Positions 12,838 to 25,072 of a DNA stretch of 63,867 nucleotides are shown here, one piece after another. The DNA is taken from the NCBI RefSeq assembly GCF_020745735.1, contig NC_083422.1, positions 39,184,134-39,248,000 on the forward strand. Reading direction: 5' to 3'. Within the stretch, counting starts at the first letter, position 1. Each line of letters opens with the position of its first letter. This DNA is from Hemiscyllium ocellatum. Lineage: Eukaryota. Both the position numbers and the translations under genes were made by a program. The notes below the pieces were generated by a model. The model ran no database searches. It saw only the letters and a list, made by a program, of their open reading frames with translations, and had not been told where the DNA came from.

Positions 12838-14073
12838 GTAATGTGATCATCCATGACTTTGCTCCAATAATAGACTTCCTGATAATGTCATCACAGATAA
12901 TCATGAAGAATTTTTTTAATCTATCTAGAAGAAAGACAGGTTCAAATTTCCTTCTTGTGTACCTGAGGGCTTGTTATTTCCCAAGTGGAATATACAATCT
13001 GAAGAGGTACGGTCATCTACATTGCTGAAATGTACAAGGCTTCTGGGGACTTCCTAGGTTTTGTGATATGCCTTTGGAATGAAGCAGAAGTGGGCATTCC
13101 AAACTTCCTTCAATTTTGTCTCACTCTGTGCATTAAGAGACACAGAGAGCAATCCCTTTAGCAGTAGTACCTGTGCTCCTGGGGTAACAGCAGAAGTCTG
13201 TAGGGAGTATTCTTTCTTAGTTGTTGTATAATGAATTTCTTTTCCAACCCACCGCTTCATAGCTCAAGTGTCTTTGGTACTTGAGCTCACTAACCCAGTG
13301 TCAGCAACAGGATGGTGAGAGATGTGCCTATTTGTAGCAAGGCCAGACTAGGGGCTGCTGAGTGAGTGAGTGAGTGAGTGAGTGGGGAATCCAAGGGGTT
13401 TTAGGAAGAAGAGCTGCTGACTGAGGTCAGATAGTTGGTGGACTACAGACTGACTGAATAGGATGGGGAAGAAAATCATTGATATATCTCTTAGCTGGCA
13501 AATGTTCTGACAACATGTTGATCAAAAGTTTGCATTAATTTCTTCAGCATATTGTTAAAAACGTCACTGGAGTATTTTATTTCTTTGTAAATGTACCAGA
13601 GTACAGTGAACACAAAAAAAATCATGCACAGTTTACATCCAATGAGCATACAACATGACTTCAAATTGTTTGCCCTTATTATAACTTTTTTGTTTGTAAT
13701 TTTTTTCTGATGTATAGTCATTAGTGAAGTAATTAAAGCAGGGACTGTCTGTAGGGGTATGCCAAAAAAAAATCCTAAATCTGAATAGAGAAAAACAACT
13801 GTTTGGGAACCACTGCCCTTTACACTAGAATGTAAAACCAGAGCGTTTATTTTTTAATGGTACTTTGGTGATTAAATTTAACATTTAATTTGTTGATGAA
13901 TAAAATAAGAAGAATATGACAATAGTGCCAAAATAAAAAACAAACTGCACAGCTTAATGTTGGGGATGTGTTATTCTGCTAATGACATTCCTGTGATCAT
14001 ACCCAAGCTTTTCATTGTGAACTAGGTAAATATTTGTAATGGTCGTAATTAGGAACTTAAAACATGAGTGAAG

Positions 14074-14250
14074 GTTGCATCCTGTAATAGCACGGTGGCA
14101 AAGGCATGCTTTCCACCAAAGACTGAGCAAAGCTGGTAATGAGACTCACTTCTCTCTGAAGGGATATGTCCAATGTAATGTGAGAAAACAGAATGATATT
14201 TCAATCAGATAATATACCCAACCATGATCTTGCTCTGATAATTGCCTTGC
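14074..14250 (+). pseudogene. Decayed intronic duplicate of the caspase-7 SHG exon and its downstream intron start
   Basis: Collinear with about 12697-12875: CACGGTggcaAAGGCATG, GACtGAGCAA, identical GAGACTCACTTCTCTC, GGGATATGT, TTCAaTCAGaTAAT (donor GT>AT), CCATGAtcTTGCTC. Confidence 0.75.
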
Positions 14251-15154
14251 CAACAACATTTTTGTGGGTGGAACTTGAGGAATTATTTAATGCATGAAGA
14301 AGAGTTGCAGGTTTGTTTTTAAAAGTGGATTATTCCCCCTCCTGTACCTGCAGAATTTTTTTCCCCCCAGATCTGATATATACAGAAGTATGACATGGAA
14401 TCAGATACAAACACTGCACCCTGCAGGATTTCTGGGGCCTTCCCCAGGTTCTTATGCTTTGAGGTTACATTTGACAAATATTCACGTATGAATACTTAAT
14501 ACATTCTGTGCAGTTTTATCTATCTATAAACAGCAAAAGAATTACATGGGAACACAAAAGGGGAAGCATTTCTGCTTTGGTATCCTGTACAGATTGTGGC
14601 CAAAAGTTTGCCCATGTAGAAAAATGCTTTTATCCAATTCCCAATGTTTTCAGTCAACTTGGGGAATTTAAAAATCTGCCATAAGCAAATACAATGAGAC
14701 ACTTTTAGAAACACAATTTTGTTAAAATTTGTTAAATGATAAGCCATAATTTATTTGAGGGAGAGAGCTTGATGCAGATTGAGTTGTGCAGTTCAGTGTT
14801 GTTGTTTCTGTTTCCCTGTTCATCAATGCTGCCAGATTTGTTGTGTTCCTCCAGCACTTTGTTTTTTAAAGCATTTTAACTCAGTGTCCTACAAGAAAAC
14901 AGTTGTGAGAAATCTACTTTTAAAAATGGCTGAAAATTATATTTTTTAAAATAAGGTACAAAATTATTTCCTGTTTGTTTGGAATACAGTGGCCAGCTCC
15001 TAAATAATTATTTACTAAAAACGTCAAAAACCTTTCAAAACATAGCTGTTAGTGTCAGAAACAATATACTGTAAAAGCTAGAAATCTAAAATAATTGCTT
15101 GGTAATACAAAACATGATTGTTGTGATCATCTGAAATTTAGTATTCTTGTAGAA

Positions 15155-15497
15155 TATAGAATCCCTATAGTATGGAAACAGGCCATTTGGCCCAACTAGT
15201 TCATACCGACCCTCCGAAGAGTAACCCTACCAGACCCATTCCCCTACTCTATTATCCTATACTTATCTCTAACTAATGCACCTAACCTACACATCCCTGA
15301 ACACTATGGGCAATTTAGCATGGTGAACTTACCTAACCTGCATGTCTTTAGAATGTGAGAGGAAACCAGAGCACCCGGAGGAAATTCATGCAGATATGGG
15401 GTGAATGTGCAAACTCCACACAGACTATAGGAATTGAACCTGGATCCCTGGTGCTGTGAGGCAGTAGTACTAACCACTGAGCCACCATGCCACCCCA
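15155..15497 (-). mobile_element. HE1-like SINE
   Basis: Reverse complement of GGGGTGGCATGGTGGCTCAGTGGTTAG head, core and tail. Confidence 0.85.
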
Positions 15498-15771
15498 TAT
15501 GTTTGTCCTGATGAACCCACTATTAAAAGCTTCAACAATTTGTCCCTTTTCAACAATAAGGATGAACTAAAATCCTCATCAGTGTTTCTCATTAGAGAAA
15601 CAATGTCAACATTTCAGGATTGGGAGAACCATCCAATTGAGTGGATACATTAAGCTCAGAATTTATTTGAATTTTGATGTTTATGCACTGTAATTTGAAG
15701 CCTTATTTAATTATATTATGACAGATTATGTATATGCTCGAACTAACCACTGTTTTTCTGGTTTGCTTCAG

Positions 15772-15907
15772 GCTTGTAGAGGTTCAGAATTTGATGAAGG
15801 AATTCAGACCGATTCCGGACCTGCTTGTGATGTAGAAACTGATGCAAATCCTCATCACAAAATCCCAGTGGAAGCTGACTTCTTGTATGCCTATTCCACT
15901 GTACCAG
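15772..15907 (+). CDS. CASP7: Caspase-7 coding exon with catalytic Cys ([16 protein letters not shown]...[15 protein letters not shown])
   Basis: cttcAG acceptor, G|GTAATG donor; completes the QACRG pentapeptide; inter-subunit linker IQTD/SG. Confidence 0.96.
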
Positions 15908-16059
15908 GTAATGCACAGTTTGTTGCCCTGATGTATAATATTTCCATCTTTCATCAATCAATTAAATTAAATTAGCACCTTTTATTTTAAACTAGTCATT
16001 TGCCCTATTTCTCTTGGTTTATTTTAACCTGATTTTAATGGGTGAGAAATGGAATGTCA

Positions 16060-17075
16060 CTATGGCCTCAAGGGCAGAATTAATTTGGCTAGAGCTCAGG
16101 AATAAAAAAGGTGCAATAATATTGTTCAGTATAATCTATAGACTATTAACTAGTGGGAAGGATATGGAGAACAATCTGCAGGAATTTGATTACCCAAATA
16201 TAGACTGGGTTATGGTGGTGTAGGCTGAAAATGTATTGCTGGAAAAGCGCAGCAGGTCAGGCAGCATCCAAAGAGCAGGAGAATCGATGTTTCGGGCATG
16301 AGCCCTTCAGGAATTCCTGAAGAAGAACTCATGCCCGAAACATCGATTCTCCTGCTCTTTGGATGCTGCCTGACCTGCTGCGCTTTCCCAGCAACACTTT
16401 TTCAGCTCTGATCTCCAGCATCTGCAGTCCTCACTTTCTCCTATGGTGGTGTAGGGGGAAGCAAGGGGCACTGTTCCTAAATTTGCATTGAGGAGAATTT
16501 CCTACAATAGTACTTGTCCAGTCTAACAAAAAAGAATGCACTATTGAATATAGTACTTGGAAATGAGGTTGGCCAAGAGATTAAGTGTCAATGGGGGACC
16601 ATTCAGGAAACAGTAATCATTGTATTGCAAGGTTTAGGATGATTGTGGAGATTGACAATTCAGGTTAAGAAAAATCAGATGGCAGAGAGCTGGTTTCAAT
16701 GGTGAAAGAAAAGAGTTCGATAGACTGGAATGAAAGGTTGTAATTGAGCCGTGAGCTACCTTTCAATAGGTGCTTTTTCAGATATTGTCAAGGTAGATTC
16801 CCTCAAAAGGAAATGGTAGGACAAACAAGTCCAGAGGTCTTAGAATGACAAAGGTGATAGAAATTAAGATGATGAATCAAGTCTGTTTATGATGAGCGTC
16901 AGATGGAAAATATAGTTGAGAACCAAGAGGTTCAGAGGGAGGGGCAGAAAAAAACCTGTTAGAGAAGCAAAGAGAAATTATGAGAAAAAACCTGCCAGAC
17001 AACATAGAGGAAGCCCAGAGTCTTTGACAGCCATATAAATAACAAAAGACTGGTAAAAGAAGAAGGAAGGCCAAT
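16060..17075 (+). mobile_element. Old CR1 LINE fragment (endonuclease region), interrupted by a fold-back element
   Basis: IWLELRNKKG..IIYRL and FDYPNIDW-like CR1 endonuclease motifs, highly degraded. Confidence 0.6.
16224..16441. mobile_element. Fold-back element (same family as 6839-7059), 13-14 bp TSD
   Basis: Inverted arms around GGAATTCC; TATGGTGGTGTAG at 16211-16223 and 16442-16454. Confidence 0.85.
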
Positions 17076-17990
17076 TTAAATAAACCTTATTTGCTAAAAT
17101 CAACTTACAACAGAACAACCTTTAGCTAAACAATTTTTAATTTGTGAAATATAAAAAGAGAGGATATGAAATTTTCTGGATGACCTTCAGTCTGCTGATC
17201 TTGTCCATGTAGCTAGGCCACCAGACACAGACAGTTTATTCAGGAGACATAAAGAAGTCATCGTCCAGGAATTTCTCAGGAGAATTGTTGTCAGTTTTTT
17301 TTTCAGCATTCACATTAATTTATCAAAAGCTTTGCTCAGAAAGGTGAAAAGCGATATCTTTCTCGACAGGCTAATCACACCAAACTCCAAGCAATATCCC
17401 AAAAACCCAACACTTAACTGGCATAAAGCCAGCCATTTAATTTGCAGTAAACAAGGCTATAAAACCTTGGCTGTTTTCTTAACTAACGAAATACTTCCAG
17501 GAATTTTTTTTTTAGAAAAACATCCACAGTGACCTTTGTTATTAAAAAATGTCTAGGCATCTTCTCCATTTTCAAAGTGACAAAGGTTCTCAAACTTTTA
17601 ATCATAAGTTTCCAAAAGTATTTGTAATGGAAGCACCTTCACAGAAATTCATACACAAACTTGGTCAGTTTACTGAAGAACATTTTGAAGTTGTATAAAT
17701 GGTTGATCATGATAGTTAAGCGTAGAACAGATTTGACAGTGTAAAAATAAGGGTCAGACTACAAAACCTGTTCATACAATTTGAGTGTTTTTCTCCTTTG
17801 TTATAAAGACTGTATGTTTTCACTTTTTTGTGTATTCTTGATTGGAGACTAAAATGGGAAAAAGGCTCTTAGCAACCGAGGATTGTAGAAACATTTAATG
17901 CACTTCCTGATTACGTTTACACAGCTATTTTTTCAAGCTGTGGGAAGGTTATTACACATGAGCTAGGGCCAAGTGGTGACCTGTTGCTAC

Positions 17991-18300
17991 TTAGATTAAA
18001 TTACCTACAGTATGGAAACAGGCCTTTCAGCCCAACAAGTCCACACTGACCCTCCGAAGAGTAACCCACCCAGACCTATTTCCCGAAGCTACATTAATCC
18101 CTGACTGATGCATCTAACACTATGGGCAATTTAGCATGGCCAGTTAACCTAACCTGCACATCTTTAGATTGGGGGGGGGAAACCGGAGCACCACGCAAAC
18201 ACAGGAAGAATGTGCAAACTCCACACAGACAGTTGCCCGAAGCCAGAATCGAACCCGGGTCCCTGACGCTGTGAGGCAGCGTGCTAACCACTAAGCCATG
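17991..18300 (-). mobile_element. HE1-like SINE
   Basis: Reverse complement of SINE head (GGACCCGGGTTCGATTC B box), core and tail. Confidence 0.85.
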
Positions 18301-19130
18301 ATAAAGGTCTTCTGCTTGTCAGTAGTTATGTGATTAGTTCCCGGGTTGCTTAGCAGCTTGTGGGTGTGAATGTTGGCCCATAAACCACCAGACCTCCCAA
18401 AAGGAAGGAGCTGTCCTTTTCTGTGCAGTAGCGAATACTTCAAGCAAGAAGAAAGCCTATTTATTTCCCTTGTCAGTTGCTGTAAGATATGGTCTTAGCC
18501 AATAAGTCAGAGTCATCTTGTGCCTCCCACAAGCAAGTGAAAGTACGTGGAATTGAAAATTCAAGGGAGAGCAAGTCCTGACAAGCCAGCAGGGACAGGG
18601 AACACTGAACTGCCATCTCAGTCTTTTCCTCTGGCCAGAACACGCATTTTCCTTTGTCTGTCCATTTGTGTTTAAATGAGTTTTAATTAATACAGTTATC
18701 TTTGTAGTTCATAATTGCTTATCTATAGATCGAATATAATTACGTGTAATAAATATTAAAACTTACTAAGTACAAAAACCTGATTTCTGCTTTCTGTTGA
18801 CCTGTATCTAAAAGACAGGTAAATTGACAATTTGCACATACTTTCATAAAATATTTAATTTTATGATGACTCCTGAAATGACAGGGTTTGATTTCCAGTG
18901 TATTACTCCATTGAGGCATAATCACGTGCTCATAATTTTTTTTAATTACGGGACTACTAATTATCCAATGAGAGCAATGTTAAACCTAGATAATACACTT
19001 GAAGTTAATTATTTATATGGTTACAGTAAAAACTTGATTTATTAATTGAAGATTCAAGATGAAAGTTTTAACTACTGTGCCCTTGCTCAGCATATTCTGG
19101 AAGTATAAAATGTGGTGTCTGTCATTGCAG

Positions 19131-19363
19131 GCTATTACTCATGGAGGAATCCAGGCAAGGGTTCTTGGTTTGCACAGGCCCTGTACAATGCCTTCACAGA
19201 ATATGGTAAAGAATTTGAGATCATGCAGATCCTAACCAGAGTCAACTACATGGTGGCCATGCATTTTGAGTCTTGGTCTGAAGATCCACGATACAGTGAA
19301 AAGAAGCAGATACCCTGCATTGTCTCCATGCTGACTAAGGAACTTTACTTTAAAAAGAAATAA
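19131..19363 (+). CDS. CASP7: Caspase-7 last coding exon ([14 protein letters not shown]...[20 protein letters not shown])
   Basis: cattgcAG acceptor; [23 protein letters not shown] small-subunit motifs; TAA at 19361-19363. Confidence 0.96.
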
Positions 19364-19946
19364 AGCACAACATCCTCAGTTTACATTTCAGGGAAGTTTT
19401 TAATTTTAAGGTTTAAATTGCTCTTTAGGTCAAACTTTTGAGTGGAGCTTTCAAAATGAGCTGAAGCAAAATGCAGAATTCAGGAGAACCATTTGCTATC
19501 TGTGAGTGACCACTTACTACTTGTGTTTCATACTCTGAAGCATGACAAAACATAGATAATGAACAATCAGCTCTGTTATTGTCTAGATCAATACACAATG
19601 CAGCTTATAAATGGCAATTCTGTGCAACTGCAAAATTCAAAGCATGGTTGACCTGGATTCATGTCTCAAATTTGATATGACTTCTTGTTTGAGTTATTAT
19701 TTAAACCTCAGCTGGGTGAATTCCATATGGTTTTTTTTGATGAGCCAAGAGCTTTAAACTTGAACAAAGACATTCATCAAATATACTTTGTTTATGTTTC
19801 TCAACAAAGTTTTGAGACAGGGTTTTTTTTAAATGCTTCATATATATCTCAGCAATGTTCATATTTCTTTCAGCCAATACAGTATTTGTCAGTTTTGTTT
19901 TCTTCCTGCCAAGAAACATTAAAATCCATTCTCTACAAAAGCAAAG

Positions 19947-19952
19947 AATAAA
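19947..19952 (+). terminator. Candidate CASP7 polyadenylation signal
   Basis: AATAAA about 585 nt after the stop, followed by a T/GT-rich tract; a second AATAAA overlaps the stop codon (19359-19364). Confidence 0.45.
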
Positions 19953-21082
19953 TTCCCTTGTCTTATGTTTATGTACCAATGTTGATGTATTTTTTTTAAA
20001 ACTTACTTTGTCAAGCTCTTGTACCTGAGGCTCTTAGGAAGCAGTCCTTACTTTTAAATGAACATGTTTTTCACTGATTTTAATCAATTTTCTGTATTTC
20101 ACAGCATGTTGATAAATACTGAAAATGGAATTGAATTGGAACTTAATTTTAACAACATTTAGCCTATTATTTCTTGGACCCTTTGGTTTCCTTTTGGACA
20201 GTGAATGCTTGTCCTCATTTATTGCTGTACGTAGCATTCCCCTTGATGAACACCAAAGCAGACTAACTACTCTTTTATGACTTGGTTACTGATTGGATAA
20301 TAGTGGTGCAGATTATTAGCTCACATATTTCTATTCACTTCCGAAATAATGACTTATGTAAAGAGTATTGAGTTTTGATAAGGAATTATGTAAGTATTAA
20401 TAGCTAGAAAATGTGTGACAGGAAATAATAATTTATCCAATTTAATGGCAACTATTATCCTAAAAAATATCAAGGCTAGATTTCCCAGCTGTTATGTATT
20501 TAATGCTCAGAGTAACTAATCCTGTGATCATGACCTCAAGACCTGACCACTTGAAACTCAATGAATAATTTCAATCTGCCAGATCAAAGCTATGAGTGCC
20601 GTTGTTATATAGGACATAATTGCCACAATCTCAGTGTACAGCTGCTAATGCTCTGTCATAATCTTGCTTGAAAATCTCATTAAAGGGAACCTATTTCCCT
20701 CAACATTCCAGGTCATTACTGAGAGAATGGGAATATTATAAAAACTTAATTAGTGGCTGTGTAATTTCAAGTTCCCTTGTGGTTCTGGCATTAATATTTC
20801 TTAGTTATCCACCAAAGGTGGCCTCAAGTATCAGATTAAACAAAGGTATTCGCCACGCGCCGAATTTCAAAGTATGCTTGATTTGCATTTGTCAGTATTT
20901 ACTGTTTTAAAAAATATTATCATTCGCCATTCGGGTTATTTTGCTTATGGATAGCACAAAGATATGTAAATTGTGTACACTTCATTTCATGATCACACAG
21001 AATTGATGGAATACAGAAAACTGTTCACAGAAAGGTCAGTAATGCAGATCTAAAGTAATGGGGAGGCCATTCAGCCAAATTT

Positions 21083-21280
21083 CATAGAAATCCTATGTGG
21101 AAGCAGGCTATTTGGCCCATCAAGTTCACACTGATCCTCCAAAGTACATCCCACCCAAACCCACCCCATACTGTATTCCTATAACCCTGCATTTCCCATT
21201 GCCAGTTCACCTAGACTGCATCCTAGGCAGTATGGGCAATTTAGCATGGCCAGTCCACCTAACTTGCACATCTTTAGACT
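21083..21280 (-). mobile_element. HE1-like SINE, 3' fragment
   Basis: TATGGGCAATTTAGCATGGCC...GCACATCTTTAGACTG as in the other copies. Confidence 0.75.
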
Positions 21281-22341
21281 GAATAAGTAATTTCTACTGA
21301 CTAAGTAATGTCTGTAACTTAATACCAAATTCATTTGCAAATATGATGTGGTCCGCAGCCTCATTTTGCAACCTGAGATTGTAACCAGCCAGAATTCCTG
21401 ATCACTAACCGTAAAATTTGTTGACTTGGTCTAAAATTCATAATTTGGTTTGATTTCAGTATTCAAAATAGAAGCTCCCTCCATTGAGGCACAACAGAAG
21501 CCTTCTCTCACTAAATGTGTGGTAGGGAAATTGCAGCACTGAAAACAGGAGTAACATAAAACAATATTACATTAAGAAAAATGAATGAGTTTATAATTTT
21601 TAGATGTGACAAGCACCCTTCATTTCATCCCTTCCTGCCCCAGTTGAGGTGAATCACAAATCCTTATTGGGATATGGGGGATTTATTTTTTTTTAATTCC
21701 TCATCTTGCTCTGCAACTTGTCTTCAGATTCTCTATAGGCATGAACCAGAGGGCACTGTGGAGTAATCTGGGAATGTCCTCAAACATGTTCAGAATGATT
21801 TCTGAGACACACCAGAGAAGGGAAAGACTTCACAAAATGATATAGCACAGAAGGAGGCCGTTGAGCCCCTTGAGCCAGTGCTGGTACTTTGAAATTTTCA
21901 ATGCACTTTCTTCATAGGCCGGTAATTTTTCATATTGAATTTCTTTTAGAAACAGTATTATTGAATTCATTGTTGATCACAACAACTCAGTGTATTGACT
22001 TTTCCATGTGTCACCTCTACTTTTTCCCATTACTTTAGATCTGCATTCTCCAATTACTGAGAACAGTTTCCTGTATTCCATCAAAGCCCTCCAAGAACTT
22101 AAACAAATCTTCCTTTAACCTCTGTTTAAGGAAACCATCCCTAGATTCTCTGGCCTGTTCTTTATTTCCAAAACACATTAGGATTATTGAAGGACAAATG
22201 AAAAGAAAATCCAGGTTTCTGTCATGTTCCTTCCCCTCAAGAGATTATCTACCCAACCTCTGCTCTCTTCTATTTCTGGGCCCATGACATACAGAAGCTA
22301 AACGATATGGTTACATTTTATGATTATAGAATATTGCTGTC

Positions 22342-22381
22342 AGATGCACTGATAATGATGGTAGATGCACTGATAATGATG
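22342..22381. repeat. Short tandem duplication (AGATGCACTGATAATGATG x2, 21 bp period)
   Basis: Read directly in the sequence. Confidence 0.8.
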
Positions 22382-22679
22382 TTACGTGAATTGTTAGAAA
22401 CAGCCAGTGTAAAGTCTTATTCAAAAGGGAAAGGAGACAGGTGACAATAGGCCAGTTAGTTTATTATCTACTATTGGGAAATGTTTTGAGTCTGTTATAT
22501 AGTATGTAATAGCAGAGCATTCCGAAATGCATAATAAAATCAAACAGGGTCAGCATGGCTTCATGAAGGGGAAATGTTACAATGCTTATCAACAAGCCTA
22601 ATTGACATGTAATTATTCATTTAAATATTTTGGGCAAATTTCAGTGTCCACCTATCTTGTATATTTGGTTTGGAGGGGA

Positions 22680-23125
22680 AGCTTGTAGGCTGGCAGCCTG
22701 AAATGTTTTATATTTTTCTCACTGGAGAGAAGGAGGAAGAGAGGTGACCTGTGACCTGAAGGGTGACCTGATTGAGGTGTACAAGGTAATGAGAGGCATG
22801 GATAGAGGCAATAGCCAGAGAGTTCCAGGGCAGGATTGACTGGCATGAGGGGTCATAGTTTTAAGATATTAGCAGGAAGGTATAGAGGAGATGCTAGAGA
22901 TAGGTTCTTTACGCGGAGAGTTGTGAATGCATGGAACGCGTTGCCAAAGGTGGTGGTGGAAGCAGAGTCATTACGGACATCTAAGTAACTGCTGGACATG
23001 CACGTGGACAGCAATGAATTGACGGGTGCATAGATTAGGTTATTTTATTATAGATTAGGAATAATCCTTGGCACAACATTGTGGGCCAAAGGGCCTGTTC
23101 TGTGCTGTACTTTTCTATGTTCTAT
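22680..23125 (+). mobile_element. CR1 LINE 3' end
   Basis: GGTGACCTGATTGAGGTGTACAAG...GGGCCTGTTCTGTGCTGTACTTTTCTATGTTCTAT tail, similar to 28900-29257. Confidence 0.85.
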
Positions 23126-23379
23126 ATGTGCCTCCCACACCCAGGCTTAAGTCACATCGAGCAGAAGTGCATAAGATTTAACCCATAGGTTGAACGTGTT
23201 TCTGTATCTTGGTAATGGTGGCGGCTGTTAGGTAGTTTCATTGGAAAATTGGCTGCAGAGACAACTAGTTCAATCAACAAAATTTCTAAGCACTTTCCCT
23301 CACCAGACTGAGGACATCATGGTGAATATTAATGTGACAGTAGAATTCTGGCCATTAAACCCTTCAGATTTATTTATAT

Positions 23380-23915
23380 TAGTTGACAATATATAATTTT
23401 GAACTTATGCAAGACTCTTGTCGGATCTTGGCTGGAATATTGTGTACAGTTGTGGGCATCACGTTACTGGAGAGAGTGCAGAAGCAATTTACAAGAATGG
23501 TTCCACACTTGAGATACTTCAGTTCAGATAATCAGTTAAGAAATTGGGACTGTTTTCCTTGGGGTTTTCAAACTCTTGAGTGGTCTGAATAGAGTAGATC
23601 GGGAGAAACAGTTCCCGCTTGTAAATAGAACAAAAACAATCAGGGGCATAGACGTAAAGTGATTTGCATAAGAAGCAAATATGTCATGTGGGGTAAACAA
23701 ATCACTCCACGAGTATTTTGGATATGGAATGCACTGTCTGGAAGAGTGTTGGAGATGGGTTCAGTTGAGACATTCAAGAGGGCATTGATGATCATTTAAA
23801 TAGAAATTGTGTGTAAGGGTATGGGGAAAAGCCGGGGATGGGAACTGGGTAATAATGGGTATTGGTGTGATGGGCCAAATGGGCTCTTACTGTAATTTAA
23901 GACGCCTATGATTCT
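23380..23915 (+). mobile_element. Old CR1 LINE 3' fragment
   Basis: LERVQKQFTRMVP motif and CR1-like 3' region. Confidence 0.7.
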
Positions 23916-24659
23916 CAGCTGAAAGGTAGTTGCTAATACTATTTCTCAGAATCTAATCTGCTGTGTTCATGGCTGAAATTGCAATCTCATTGTGGTCCTA
24001 CATTTTTCAACCAACTGGAAACAGCTTAAAGAATCTCAATTATGATAATTATTCTACTTTACGTGCAGAGCTCTAACTACAATGCAATAAGCCATAATTA
24101 GTGATTCATTATAATTGAATGGTGCTCCATGCCAATCGAGATTGCACAATGCAGCTGCAAAAATGCAACAAGTGCTCAATATTCAACAGCTTTGGAGTGG
24201 AAATATTTTGATCCTGTTTTTATTTAGATAGAAAGAGTCATGTTTTTGATTTTACTCAGAATGAGCTTTGTATTCCTCGATGAATGGCTCCTTTGTAAGA
24301 TCATTGTCTTGCAGTTTGAAAGGTATTTTGACTACTGAAACTACTTGATGATCTGTGATTAGTCAGAAAAATCTTCTATGTCAGTGTCAACAGTACAGAT
24401 TTCCGCACATCTGATATTAGAATCTCTGAATCCAATTGCAAAGTCATGCGCATAACTGTGTGTTATTTTCTCAGCAATATAGCACAGACTCATTTTACTT
24501 GAGAAATAAATCACCAACTAAGAAAAAGAAAAGCCTTATTAACTAACCTGAATTCATACCCAGGTTCCAGGATTAAATCTTTAATGACTAGAACCAGATT
24601 GTTCCCACAAATGTTGTAGTTTATTATTTTTGTTATTGTATCAGGAATAAATGCTCAAT

Positions 24660-24794
24660 AAAAGCCAAAAGGACTGCTGATGCTGTAAACCAGAAACCAA
24701 AACAGAAATTATTAGAAAAGCTCAGCAGGTATGTCAGCATCTGTGGAGAGAAATTAGAATTAACATTTCGGATTGAGTGACCCTTCCTCAGAAT
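24660..24794 (-). mobile_element. Single arm of the fold-back/Penelope-derived family
   Basis: ACTGCTGATGCTG..AGAAAAGCTCAGCAGGT..CAGCATCTG..ACATTTCGG..GACCCTTCCTCAG; degenerate hammerhead-like core on the minus strand. Confidence 0.6.
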
Positions 24795-25072
24795 CCCCAA
24801 AATGTCCACTGTCCTGGCAAATCCATTTGGAAGTAAATCTTTTGCCTTTTATGAAATTGACTGCAATGTGTCGTTTTAATGAACAAGTTGGACTGCAGCC
24901 TATACAGAATTGATAAAGGCTTTCTCTTAAGTTAATGGCTAGTTGTCAAATGTAATATTGATTGATTTATATCTGCAATACAGCGTACATGAACTTAAAT
25001 ATAGGGCCTAGCTAAAAACTAGATTCCCCTGAAATTGATATTGGGATGTTAGGAAAGGGACAAGACAACTGC

